Source of the DNA: Eledone cirrhosa
Lineage: Eukaryota
Direction: 5' to 3'
Assembly: GCA_964016885.1 (NCBI GenBank)
Contig: OZ024760.1
Coordinates: 11,408,001 to 11,472,000 of the forward strand
Length of the DNA: 64,000 nt
The notes beneath the pieces are model-generated. The model was not told where the DNA came from. It saw only the letters and a program-made list of their open reading frames with translations, and did not search any database. Both the position numbers and the translations under genes were made by a program. This document shows positions 1 through 14,056 of this stretch, piece after piece; the first letter of the stretch is position 1; the number at the start of each line of letters is the position of its first letter.

Positions 1-116
1 GGTCTTTAAACCCGAAAATATTTGGTAATGTAAAAGGTAGGATTCTCTTGTTATCTTGGCAATTTAATGTTCTCCACATGCATCGTTTTGGTCTTCAAAA
101 TTTAAATATATATATA

Positions 117-186
<70 letters not shown>

Positions 187-210
187 TGTATATATATATA
201 TATACTGTAT

Positions 211-295
<85 letters not shown>

Positions 296-327
296 CTGTA
301 TATATATATATATACTGTATATATATA

Positions 328-375
<48 letters not shown>

Positions 376-487
376 TGTATATATATACAGTATATATATA
401 CAGTATATATATATATACAGTATATATATATATTATATATATATATACATATATACTGTATATATACTGTATATATATATATATATA

Positions 488-523
<36 letters not shown>

Positions 524-549
524 TGTATATATATATATATACTGTACAG

Positions 550-679
550 TTAGCCGTCGAAACTGCTTGAGCTCAGCCGTCGGGGTCTTACTTGTTCCTA
601 TTACCCACTCTACTACCCTAAGTATTGAGTATTTTGGTGCGTTATGGTCCACCTGGTTCCTTACCACATTTCCTTCGTT
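550..679 (+). mobile_element. Short interspersed repeat family A (putative Penelope-like pLTR remnant carrying the 3' half of a hammerhead)
   Basis: TAGCCGTC-GAAAC..GCTTGAGCTCAGCC-GTC-GGGGTC...CCCACTCTACTACCCTAAGTATTGAGTA...ACCACATTTCCTTCGTT flanked by (TA)n. The same sequence recurs at ~23494, 32079, 33017, 39446, 48026, 60166 and 60958. Confidence 0.65.
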
Positions 680-688
680 ATATATATA

Positions 689-729
<41 letters not shown>

Positions 730-1763
730 AAATTAAATTAAATTAAGGGGATTATGTCCGCGACATGCGCCATATCCACCGTAGAATAACCTCAAGATGC
801 CAATGAATATATATATATATATAATTACAAAGAGAGAGATGGGGGAGAAAGAGAGAGAGAGAGGGTGGATGTCACAGTATATTGGGTGTAACACGTATGT
901 AGATAATACACATACGTATGACTGTGTTTTATAATTTTGTTGGAACTATATTTTATTTTATTTTATTTTCGTATTTCCTTATATCAATATATATCCAGGC
1001 ATTGTTTTGTTATTGTTAAAGATTTCACAATATTTTTAAAAGGAAAAAAAAAACCGTATTAAATGAAACAAAACGTACTTATGTGGTGTAGAATATTTTC
1101 TCAAATAAACCAGAGCCATCTTTTCTGGAGAAAAATAAATAAAAACAAATTTAAAAAATAAAAGTCCACTCATCACGGAAATTCATTTAAACCGCTCGAG
1201 CACAAAAGCTGACATTTTTAAAGTACTTTTTTCATGGGACGCCATATATATTTCTTGAGGGAGGAAAGAAAATATAGTTCTGGTTATCTAATTTGATGGA
1301 AAATACATACGGCATGTAGCGAACAGAATAGAAATATCGCTATAGATGACTCTTAACTTAATAAATTTTAATAAATTGTAATGATGATTGAAAATTTTCC
1401 TCCACATGGTTTACGAAAAGCAACAGCGATATTGTAAATGAAGAAAAAAAATATATAGATACGTAATTTAATTAATCAAACATACCTCGTCATTAAAATC
1501 AGCAGGAGAATTTTAACGAAGAACAAATATCCACCCAAAAAATACATGTTAAAATTGGACAACAAACTGTCCAGAAACCAATACTTTTCGAAATTTATGA
1601 AGGATGTATTTTTTTCTGGTAACTTTTTTTTTTTTTCTTTTAGTTGTTTCGTAATAATTAATTTTCAATATAGTTTTTAGATTTTATATACAAAATGACG
1701 TCTTAACGAGAGTAGACAGATGTAGTTTTATATATGTATACACACACACACACACATACACAC

Positions 1764-1822
<59 letters not shown>

Positions 1823-1842
1823 CATATATATATATATATATG

Positions 1843-1935
<93 letters not shown>

Positions 1936-1987
1936 GTATATACATATATATATATATATATGTATATTCATATATATAAACATATAG

Positions 1988-2108
1988 TAATAATAATAAA
2001 TTTGAAGACTAAAATCCTAAGGATAAATAGATATCAAAATATATAAGAACCGTTAAGGGTGAAAGCAGCGATTCTTTGCTTAAACTTTAATCTGTTATTT
2101 TAATAAAT
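1988..2108 (+). mobile_element. Short repeat family C (putative pLTR remnant with 5'-truncated hammerhead core)
   Basis: AAGA.CC(C)GTTAAGGGT-GAAA-GCAGCGATTCTTTGCTTAAACTTTAATCTGTTATTTTAATAAA. Related copies at ~9592-9656, 25970-26042, 27990-28075 and 62955-63058, all beside (TA)n/(TAA)n. Confidence 0.55.
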
Positions 2109-2334
2109 ATATACATATATATATATACGTGCGTGTAATGCGTGTGTTGTTTAGTATATAATATATATACCCAATATATATAACATAATATATATATATA
2201 TATGTGTGTGTGTGTCAGTGTGTATGTGTCTGTATGTATGTATATTTATGTATATATAAATATATATATATTTATGTCTATATATCTATCTATATATATA
2301 TACGCACACACTCACTTTTATATATATATATATA

Positions 2335-2534
2335 NNNNNNNNNNNNNNNNNNNNNNNNNNNNNNNNNNNNNNNNNNNNNNNNNNNNNNNNNNNNNNNNNN
2401 NNNNNNNNNNNNNNNNNNNNNNNNNNNNNNNNNNNNNNNNNNNNNNNNNNNNNNNNNNNNNNNNNNNNNNNNNNNNNNNNNNNNNNNNNNNNNNNNNNNN
2501 NNNNNNNNNNNNNNNNNNNNNNNNNNNNNNNNNN
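2335..2534. other. Assembly gap (200 N)
   Basis: Run of N characters. Confidence 1.
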
Positions 2535-2900
2535 GCAGCAACAGCAGCAGTAAAAGTATTAACAGAAAGAGCAGCAGCAGCAACTGCAGCAACATATGTA
2601 ACACAGCAGCAGCAACAGCAGCAGTAAAGGTATTAACAGAAAGAGCAGCAGCAGCAGCAACTGCAGCAACATATGTAACAACAGCAGCAACAGCAGCAGT
2701 AAAAGTATTAACAGAAGAGCAGCAGCAGCAGCAACTGCAGCAACATATGTAACAACAGCAGCAGCAACAGCAGCAGTAAAGGTATTAACAGAAGAGCAGC
2801 AGCAGCAGCAACTGCAGCAACATATGTAACAACAGCAGCAACAGCAGCAGTAAAAGTATTAACAGAAAGAGCAGCAGCAAGCAGCAGCAGCAGCAGGTGT
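2535..2900. repeat. Minisatellite, ~72-78 bp unit (CAG-rich, with GTAAAAGTATTAACAGAAAGAG and CAACATATGTAAC cores), about 5 copies, running into the gap
   Basis: Direct repeats starting at ~2535, 2610, 2685, 2763 and 2836. Confidence 0.9.
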
Positions 2901-3558
2901 AACAACAGTAGCGGCTACAGCAGCAGTAACGGTATTAACAGCAGCAACCATCAACAGGTGTAACAGCAGCAGCACCAAGCACAGCAGCAACACCATCAAC
3001 AGGTGTAACAGCAGCACCAACCACAGCAGCAACACAGGTGTAACAGCAGCAACAGCAGCACCAGAGGCAGTTAAAAGCAACAGGCCAATCAAGTCGAGGA
3101 GTAAAACCATATCTTCCTCCCCTCACTCCCCCTCACTCCCCCCTCACTCACTCTCTCTCTCTCACACACACACTCCCTCTCTCTATTCTTCTCTCTCCTT
3201 CTCTCTCTCTCCTTCTCTCCTCCCTCCCTCCCTCTCTCTCTCTCTCTCTCTCTTCTCTTCTCCACCTTCCGAACGTTAAGCCCACCGCGACTAACACACC
3301 GCCATTACACACCCCGCCGCTAACACACCGCCAATACACACACACCGCCATTACACCCACCAACCAACCAACACCCCGCACCAACACATTTTGTGACATC
3401 ACAACCGAACAATATTCTACTACACACCACAACACACAACACACAACACACAACACTCCGCGCCGCGCATTACTTCAAAAGGACTCAACACATTCTACAG
3501 CAATACCGCCAACCAACAAAACACAACTACCCCCCAGAAACAGCGCCCTGTGTATATA

Positions 3559-3590
<32 letters not shown>

Positions 3591-3654
3591 CATATATATA
3601 TATATACATATATATATATACATATAATATATATATATATATATAATATACATA

Positions 3655-3690
<36 letters not shown>

Positions 3691-3711
3691 CACACACACA
3701 TATAACTATAT

Positions 3712-3805
<94 letters not shown>

Positions 3806-4106
3806 TACATATATATATAGATGTATATAACTTTATACATATTTAGAGAGAGAGAGAGAGAGATAAATATATAGATATATAATATATATTTTTGATATGT
3901 ATATATATAAACACCACCTTTGAATATACAACTTTATACAGCCTCTCCACAACAACAACAACAACAACACAAGCAACATTACCTGGATTAAGGTTGACAG
4001 AAGGAGGTGGCTAGACAACGACAACGACAACAACAACGACAACGACATCTTCAGGCATTCTCTGACAACAAAAACAGCAACAACAGTAACAACGCCAACT
4101 ACTAGA

Positions 4107-4149
<43 letters not shown>

Positions 4150-4639
4150 TTAATACTACTACTACTACTACTGACTGCTGCTGACTACTACTACTACTAC
4201 TACCACTACTACTACTACTACTCTACTATACTACTACTACAACTACAACAACAACAACTACAGCAACAACTACTACAATTACAACGTAATATCGTGGTTG
4301 GACACAGCTGACCCGAGGGAGTGGCTAACTAACAACAACAACAACACACAACAGCAACTACAAGAACACCATAACAACAACAACAACTACTACAAGAACA
4401 ACACCAGCAACAACAACAACAACAACAGCAACAACACTAGAAGAACACAGTACGAGGTTGCTCGGCTGCTGATATAGCAGACTATTTTCCTCAAATCACA
4501 CCCTATTTTTTAACAAAATGAAAAAATACGAATAATAACAAAAATAATAATAAGGTGGGAAAGTATACAACGACGTGATGGTCATGCCGGGAATGTCTTT
4601 GATCATTGTCTTCTGTCAATCAAACTGACCGTTGGGGTT

Positions 4640-5201
4640 GATCAACACAACACAAACACAAACAACACACACAACACCAACACCACACACCAACACCAAC
4701 ACCAACACCCACCCACAACCACCACCACCTACAACACCACAACACCACCACACCACACCACCTACAACACTAACACCAACACCAACAACACCACCACACC
4801 CACAACACACTAACAACACCACACCACCACACCAACACCACCTACAACACACCAATACCACCAACACCAACACCACCACAACACAACACCAACACCACAA
4901 CACCACACCACCAACACTAACACCAACACCAACACCACCAGCAACACCAGCACCACCTACAACACCAACAACACCAACACCACACCAACACCACCAACAC
5001 CAGCACCACCCTACAACACCACCAACACCACTCACAACACCACCAACACCACACCACCTACAACACCACCAACACCAGCACCAACACCAACACCACCAAC
5101 GCCACCAACACCAACACCACCAACACCAGCACCACCTACAACACCAACAACACAACATACCACAATTAACACCCCCTTCCAACATCACCAACACCAACAC
5201 T

Positions 5202-5235
<34 letters not shown>

Positions 5236-6560
5236 CTTACAACTACATAAAAAGAATTACAACACCCCTTCCAATAACATACTTATAACAAACATAACTA
5301 CACCTCTGATACACAACACCCCAACACCATCACCACCACTAACACCAACACAACACAACAACAACACCCACCCACACCACTCATACCACAACACCACAAC
5401 ACCACCAACACCACCACCAAAACCACACTAAACCCTAACACCACCACCAACACCACCACCAACACTACTACTAACACCACCAACACCACCAACACCACCC
5501 AACCACACCACACACCACAACCACACACCACCACCAACACCACCACCAACACCACCACCAACCACACAACCACTACTAATACCACTACACCACAACACCA
5601 CACCACCACCAACACCACCACCAACACCACACAAACCACAACACCACCACCAACACCACCACCAACACCACTACAAACCACACCACCACCACACCACCAA
5701 TACTAAACCACTAACACACCAACACCACCACCAAAACCACTACTAATACCACTAACACCACCAACACCCACCACCAACACCACCACCAACACCACCACCA
5801 CACCAACACCAATACCACAACACCACCAACACCACCACCAAAACCACTGCTAATATCACTAACACCACTAACATCATCACACCACAACACCAACATCAAC
5901 ACTAATAACAACACCACCAACACCACCGACACCACCAATACCAGCACTAACACCACCAAGACCTCCACTAACTCCACTAACACTCCACTAACACCACTAC
6001 ACCACCAACACCTCTACTAACACCACCAACACCTCCACTACACCACCAACCCACCAACACCACCAACACCACCACCACCATTGACACCACTACTAACTCA
6101 CCAACACCACCACTAACGTACCTAACAATACTTACGAAACTCACAAGACCACCAACAACTCCGCCATCATCAAAATCACTAACACCACAACCACCGCCGC
6201 CACTAACAGTACCTTCAAAACGCACAAGACCACTAACACCACCTCCATCATCACCACATCTCCATCACCATCACCAACAACAGTAACGTCATTAACACCA
6301 CCACCACCACCACCATCACCACAACCACTAACGCCACCACCATCACCACTAACACCACCATCACCACCATCACCACAACCACCACCGCCACCATCACCAC
6401 AACCACTAACGCCACCATCACCACAATCACAACCACCACCGCCACCACCATCATCACCACAACCACTACCGCCACCACCATCACCACAACCACCACCGCC
6501 GCCACCATCACCACCACACACCACCACCATCCACACCAACGAACGCACCTACAACTCCAC
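4640..6560. repeat. Low-complexity CAC/CAA/ACC-rich tract
   Basis: Degenerate trinucleotide repeats with strong A/C skew on the + strand. Confidence 0.9.
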
Positions 6561-7690
6561 GCAACACCGCAAAACCTGCTCCAAGCAATATTACAGACCC
6601 TTCATTTTTTTTTCACTCCTCCTTCCTACAGCACTCACACACGCACACTCTCTCTCTCTCTCTCTTTCTCTCTCTCACACAACACACACACTCTCTCTCT
6701 TTCTCTCTCTCTCACACACACTCTCTCTCTTTCTCTCTCACACACACACACACACACACTCTCTCTCTTTCTCTCACACACACACACGCACTTCTCTCTT
6801 TCTCTCACACGCACACACTCTCTCTCTCTTTCTCTCTCACACACACACACTCTCTTTCTCTCTCTCTCACATACACACACACACTCTCTTTCTCTCTCTT
6901 TCTCTCTCACACACACACTCTCTCTCTCTCTCACTCTCTCTCTCTCTCTGACGCTCCCACTTTCTCTCACAAACGCAACCTCTTTCTCTCTCTCTCTCTA
7001 TCTATCTACCTGTCTCTCAATCTCTCTATCTATATATCTATCTATTTCTCTCTCTCTCTCTCTCTTTCTCCCCCCCCCTCTGCCACATGCTTCTCTTAAC
7101 CCCCTCCCTTTCTAATTATCACCTCTCTCGCCACCCTCCGTCTACTCCAACAAGTGGTGCTATCATTGCCTCTTTCCAGCATCATCATCATCATCGCCAT
7201 CATTAGCATCATCACAATCAATACTTCTCAAAACTATCATCACCACCACCATCATCAGTACCATCACCATCATCATCGCAATCATTAGCATCATCAGCAG
7301 CAGCATCACCAGCACCCTCATCATCGGCATCGTCAACAACATATCGCCGTCGCTAGCATCATCACCACCACCATCATCATCATCAAAAGCATCGTCGTCG
7401 ACATCACCACCACCACCATCATCATCATCAACATCATCGTCGTCGACATCACCGCCTTCGCTAGCACCGCTGCAACAACAACAACAACTTTTGTAGCAGC
7501 AGTAACTGCAGCAACAACAACAACTTCAGTAACAACAGCAACAACAACAGCAGCAACAACAGCAGCAACAACAACAACAGCAACAATAATACCACGAACT
7601 ACTGCAAAAGAATTACAACTCTAGCAAGAACTATAACAAGAGCGGTAAGAAAAAACAGCTGCAACAACAATAACAATTGCAACAGCATCT

Positions 7691-7724
<34 letters not shown>

Positions 7725-7754
7725 CAGTAGCAGCAGCAGCAGCAGCAGCAGTAG

Positions 7755-9209
7755 CAGCAACCTGCAAAAATACCGGCAAAAAAAAAATCATCAAAATCCT
7801 CAAAACCAGCGCCGCTGCCTCCAACGCAAGCATCATCATCATCTTCCTCGGCACTAACAGTCACAATAACACCCCCGCCACTAACTCCCACTTCGCCGCC
7901 GGCCAACACAACAACAAATAGAACAACGACAAGAACAACGACAAGATCAGCAGCAGCAGCAGCCGGCACCGGCGCCGCCGCCGCCGCCGCCGCAACAACA
8001 CCAGCAACAACGACAACAACAAGTACTAATACTACTACTACCACTACAACAACAACAACAACAACAACAGCGGCAGCGTCTGCTGCTGCTGCTGCTGCTG
8101 TTGCAGCGAAATCAGCAGCGTCTTCAGCAACAGCATCACTGTCAACAACAGCACGACGATTATCGACAGCGGTTCCAGTGAATTTCTCGTCACTGTCCTC
8201 ATCGCTTTCCACATCGGTTTTATCGCTATCGCCTCGACAAGCACCACGGAAGCGGGGTCGAAGTCCGCGACCCAGTCCGAGACCCAGCCCGAAACCGGAC
8301 CGGCATCATCACCGTCGACAGCAGCAGAACAAGCCCCAGTCCTCGACGCCATCGAACTTGTTGTCACCCCTGATCTCACAAGCGGCCGCGGCCTTCAAAA
8401 GTCTCCCGTCTTTATCCTCCTCTTCGCAATCGAAGCCCAAAACAACAGCGGCGGCGACATCATCAACATCATCATCATCAACATCAAAATCAAAATCAAA
8501 AACTTCAGCAGCAGCATCATCATCATCATCAACAAGCAAAGGAGTACGTTCCTCTTCACAACGTCCGAAAACAACAACTATAGTCCTATTAGAACCGTCT
8601 GTACAACAACAACAACAACAATCACTACCCTCTCCACGCCGCCTGTCTCAGTCACAACTACTACAACCCCAACCACAACAACAACAACAACAGGCGTCAC
8701 CACAACGCCGTCTCTCTCAGACACAACTACAACCCCTACCGCAACCACAACGTCGCCTGTCAGGGTCACAACTTATACTACTCCAAACACAAACACAACC
8801 ACCACTACAACCACAACGCCGCCTCTCACAGTCACAGCTACTACAACCACAACCAGCACCGCAACCGCAACCACAACGCCGTCTATCTCAATCACAACTA
8901 ATACTACCACAAATACAACAACCACAACCACAACAACAACACACACCACTATCAACACGCCGTTTGTCACAATCACAACTACTACAACAACAACCACAAC
9001 AACAACACACACCACTATCAACACGCCGTTTGTCACAATCACAACTACTACAACAACTACAACTACAACAACAGGCGTGTCCCGTCGCACCGACCCCGTT
9101 CGCCAGCCCGCCACCCTCTTCTTCGGCGGAATCGTCGCCGACGCCCTCTCCACCACCTTCTCCGCGATGTTGTGAGTGTTTTGGTTGCGGCAGTGTGCTG
9201 ACCAGGAGA
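7755..9209 (+). CDS. Putative in-frame low-complexity N-terminal extension of the SCYL2-like protein (S/T/A/P/Q-rich, 7x RRLS(Q)SQL, basic RKRGRSPRPSP, CCECFGC); start not determined
   Basis: Stop-free frame from after TAG 7752-7754 to the SCYL2 Met with no in-frame ATG. The RRLS repeat copies (8637-9047) vary mainly at third codon positions. Confidence 0.5.
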
Positions 9210-9359
9210 ATGGAGGTTTTATCCATGTTAAAACTGTCCTTAAATACGGACAATATCAACCCTATTACCAAACATTACGATATCGGTAAACAGGTTGGCA
9301 GTGCCGGACCAGAAATGGTATGGAAGATCTTCGACGCTGTGCGCCTTGAGGACAATAGA
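9210..9359 (+). CDS. SCYL2: Exon encoding the N-terminus of an SCY1-like protein 2 (SCYL2/bma-type) pseudokinase
   Basis: MEVLSMLKLSLNTDNINPITKHYDIGKQVGSAGPEMVWKIFDAVRLEDNR resembles the SCYL2-family N-terminal motif NP.T..(F/Y)D(V/I)G....S.G....WKIF. It ends at a phase-0 donor AGA|GTAAGT (GT at 9360), just before the expected E-x-x-V-F-x-F-D/E-K segment. Which SCYL2-family paralogue this is cannot be decided here. Confidence 0.85.
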
Positions 9360-9365
9360 GTAAGT
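9360..9365 (+). promoter_or_regulatory. 5' splice donor GTAAGT
   Basis: Consensus donor located where protein similarity ends. Confidence 0.85.
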
Positions 9366-9664
9366 ACAGACTTTAAGTGTTTCTTGTTTTGGTCCTTTTC
9401 TTGTTTTTTGGTATGTTTCTGCTACGTTGTTGTTGTTGTTGGTGGTGGTGGTGGTGTTGGTGTTGTTGTTGTTTATGTTTTTCTTCTTCTCGTCGTTTTA
9501 AATGTTTTATATATTTTTTTATAGAGGTCATTTGTGTTATCAGTTCGATCTCGCTGAAATTATATATATATATATATTTTTATATATATATAAGATCCCG
9601 TTAAGGGTGAAAGCGGCGATTCTTTGCTTAAACTTTAATCTGTTATTTTGATAAATATATATAT

Positions 9665-9710
<46 letters not shown>

Positions 9711-9939
9711 TCAGGGGAGTTTTGTGTTGTTGTTATATATATATATATATATATATATGTAGATAAATCCTTATAGAATATGCATACCAACTCTAACACA
9801 TATATATCCTAGAAACGATCGTAAAATGATGAAGTTTTTTTAATATAAGGAACTGTTTCTTTGTTTATTCATTATTTTATTAATATATATATATATATAT
9901 ATATATGTTAACTCGCGGGAGTTTTGTGTTGTTATTTAT

Positions 9940-10050
9940 AAATCCCACGGAGGTTAACTTTGCCTTTCTTCCTTACGGGGTCGATAAAATAAAGTACCAG
10001 TGATGTACTGGGTAATTGCTGGCCTTGTGCCTAAAGTAGAACCAGTTATT
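9940..10050 (+). mobile_element. Partial tRNA-derived SINE (Meta-domain-like family)
   Basis: GAGGTTAACTTTGCCTTTC.TCCTTACGGGGTCGATAAAATAAAGTACCAGT...GCTGGCCTTGTGCCTAAAGTAGAA matches the other copies. Confidence 0.8.
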
Positions 10051-10155
10051 TATAAAGTATTTTGGCTCTATATTATATTTGTTATTTTATATTGAGCTAA
10101 TCTCATACTTGTAATTGGATATTTAATATTACCCACATTTTTTTATATATATGAG

Positions 10156-10209
<54 letters not shown>

Positions 10210-10849
10210 ATACCCCTATCCACCCATATATATATATATATATATATATATTCTATATATTCTATATATATATATATATATTCTATATATTTATTCTATT
10301 CCCGAAGTTTGTGAATATTTTTATTTTGGTTTCTAACATAGCCACATGACCAAAACTACCACCACCACCACTACTACCACCACCACCACTACTACTACTA
10401 CTACCACCACCACCACCACCACCACCACTACCACTACCAACACTACCAACACCACCACCACTACTACCACCACTACCACTACCAACACTACCAACACCAC
10501 CACCACTACTACCACCACCACCACCACTACCACTACCAACACTACCAACACCACCACTACTACCACCACCACTACCACCACCACTACCAAAACTACCACC
10601 ACCACCACCAAAAACAACACCAACAACACAAACACCACCAGCGACCACCTCCACCAAAACCTCCACCACCACCACCATCACAATCACCGCCATTACCAAC
10701 GGCAACACAAGGACCACCACTACCAACATCACCATCACCACCCCCAACACCACCCCCAACACCACCACCACCCCCAGCACCACCCCCAACACCACCACCA
10801 CCAACAACAACAACAACAACACCCACCCCCACCCCCAACAGATTGAAAC

Positions 10850-11020
10850 GACCCCATTGTGTTACTGGTACTTTATTTTATCGACACAGTAAGATAAAGT
10901 ACCAGTAATACACTGAGGTCGATTGACGTTCTGAGTTGAAATCCTGCCCCGGTCAACTTTGCATTTTATCATTCCAGGGTCGATAAAATAAAATACCAGT
11001 CAAATACTGAGGTTGACATA
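10850..11020. mobile_element. Rearranged SINE fragments preceding the SINE-derived satellite
   Basis: CTGGTACTTTATTTTATCGAC (minus orientation) followed by CTGAGTTGAAATCC...GGTCGATAAAATAAAATACCAGT (plus orientation). Confidence 0.7.
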
Positions 11021-11021
11021 T

Positions 11022-12215
11022 CAGTACCAGTTAAATACTGGGGTTATACAATATAGTACCAGTTAAATACTGGGGCTATACAATATAGTACCAGTTAAAT
11101 ACTGGGAGTTATACAATATAGTACCAGTTAAATACTGGGAGTTATACAATATAGTACCAGTTAAATACTGGGTTATACAATATAGTACCAGTTAAATACT
11201 GGGAGTTATACAATATAGTACCAGTTAAATACTGGGGCTATACAATATAGTACCAGTTAAATACTGGGAGTTATACAATATAGTACCAGTTAAATACTGG
11301 GAGTTATACAATATAGTACCAGTTAAATACTGGGAGTTATACAATATAGTACCAGTTAAATACTGGATTATACAATATAGTACCAGTTAAATACTGGGAG
11401 TTATACAATATAGTACCAGTTAAATACTGGGTTATACAATATAGTACCAGTTAAATACTGGGAGTTATACAATATAGTACCAGTTAAATACTGGGGCTAT
11501 ACAATATAGTACCAGTTAAATACTGGGGCTATACAATATAGTACCAGTTAAATACTGGGTTATACAATATAGTACCAGTTAAATACTGGGAGTTATACAA
11601 TATAGTACCAGTTAAATACTGGGGCTATACAATATAGTACCAGTTAAATACTGGGAGTTATACAATATAGTACCAGTTAAATACTGGGAGTTATACAATA
11701 TAGTACCAGTTAAATACTGGGAGTTATACAATATAGTACCAGTTAAATACTGGATTATACAATATAGTACCAGTTAAATACTGGGAGTTATACAATATAG
11801 TACCAGTTAAATACTGGATTATACAATATAGTACCAGTTAAACACTGGGGTTATACAATATAGTACCAGTTAAATACTGGGATTTATACAATATAGTACC
11901 AGTTAAATACTGAGGTTAATATAATATTGTACCAGTTAAATACTGAGAGTTATACAATATAGTACCAGTTAAATACTGGGAGTTATACAATATAGTACCA
12001 GTTAAATACTGGGGCTATACAATATAGTACCAGTTAAATACTGGGAGTTATACGATATAGTACCAGTTAAATACTGGGATTTATACAATATAGTACCAGT
12101 TAAATACTGAGGTTAATATAATATTGTACCAGTTAAATACTGGAGTTAATATAATATTGTACCAGTTATGTACTGGAGTTGATACAATATAGTACCAGTT
12201 ATGTACTTGGGTGGA
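11022..12215. repeat. Minisatellite, 30-32 bp unit AGTACCAGTTAAATACTGGG(A/G)(G/C)TTATACAATAT, roughly 35-38 copies, SINE-derived
   Basis: Tandem array. The unit matches the AGTACCAGT...TACTGGGG segment of the adjacent SINE and contains the CCAGT-TAAAT-ACTGG hairpin. Confidence 0.95.
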
Positions 12216-12858
12216 TATAATCAGCTTTGCTCGTCTTTACCTTAATTTGTATCGATATTTAAGTGGTACAACCAGCCCACCCACATTACCACCGGAAGGA
12301 CGAAGGGCGAATTTCATTTGGGCAGGATTTGAACATAGAACTTAAAGGGGCGCAACTAGTACTACATCCTGCAGGCGTAAAGGTCATGTGACCCGACACT
12401 CTACCGAGTCTTTTAATACTTCCTCGTCTGAAAGTTTGTATAATTGCGAAATATGTGACATAACTGGTTGTAACATATGCACACGGCATATGCGCACGGC
12501 AAGGTCACATATTTGTGATAGTGGTGGATTATTTGGAGTGGTGGAGTGTGTGGGAAGGAGAGGGGGAGGGGGTTTAGCGACTTAAATGAACCCCTACCCA
12601 GACCACCACCCCCTACCCAGACCACCACCCCCCACCACACACACACACACACACACACACCCTCAAACCACCCCCACCCCCACCAATGGTGTCACTGGGA
12701 CTTTATTTTTTTTTTTATTGTTTTATTTTTTTACGCTACTTGCGGAAGTATTACAAAATAAATAAAAATAAATAAAAGTCAAATTTGACCTTGGCGAAAT
12801 CTGAACTCAGAGCGTCAAACGCGGGAAAAGGAGAAAAAGAAAGAAAAGAAAGAAAGAT

Positions 12859-12893
<35 letters not shown>

Positions 12894-13118
12894 AAAAGAA
12901 GGGAAAAAAGGAAAAAAAATACCGCATGGTACATAGTTCGACGTTCTAATGATTCTGACCAATCAGAAGGCTAGAAAGTTGTGTCATTGTGAAATATATA
13001 AATGAAATATATTTCTATTGAGTTTGAATGTCAAAGTGAAAACGCTTGCAACTATATTTATCTCTCATCTTTCGTAAAACCATATTAGACGAAAGAGGCG
13101 GTCGTTGTTTGTTGTTGT

Positions 13119-13214
<96 letters not shown>

Positions 13215-13335
13215 TCTTCTTTCTTTTTTTTCTTTCCTTTTAAAGATATTATTTATTTATTGACCTATGTTATTCCGCGCCTCTGAAATAAATGCATATA
13301 TATGTTATACACACACAAAAACAAACACATATATG

Positions 13336-13376
<41 letters not shown>

Positions 13377-13472
13377 ACATTATGCACACACAAAGAAACA
13401 CATATATGTATATATATATATATATATACATACATTCATACATTTTTGTACACACACATAAATATATATATA

Positions 13473-13518
<46 letters not shown>

Positions 13519-13589
13519 TAATTTTTTACACACACGCATATGTATATTTATATACACATATACATACATATACATATATATATATACAG

Positions 13590-13636
<47 letters not shown>

Positions 13637-13661
13637 TATATATATATATATACATACACAC

Positions 13662-13753
<92 letters not shown>

Positions 13754-13795
13754 CTGTCTGTATACATACATATACATATATATATATATATACAG

Positions 13796-13842
<47 letters not shown>

Positions 13843-13925
13843 TATATATACACATATATATATATATATATACACACACACATATATATACACATATATA
13901 TATATATATATACACACACGCACAT

Positions 13926-13985
<60 letters not shown>

Positions 13986-14056
13986 ATAGTCATCGTGTTG
14001 ATTATGTTGGTGTTGCTGTCGTTGAAGTTGTAATAGTTGTTTTCGTGAAATGACTC

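Noticed and set aside
9360-9524. Continuation of the 8178-9524 ORF beyond LEDNR
   Set aside because: Read-through into the intron after the GTAAGT donor; T-rich low complexity
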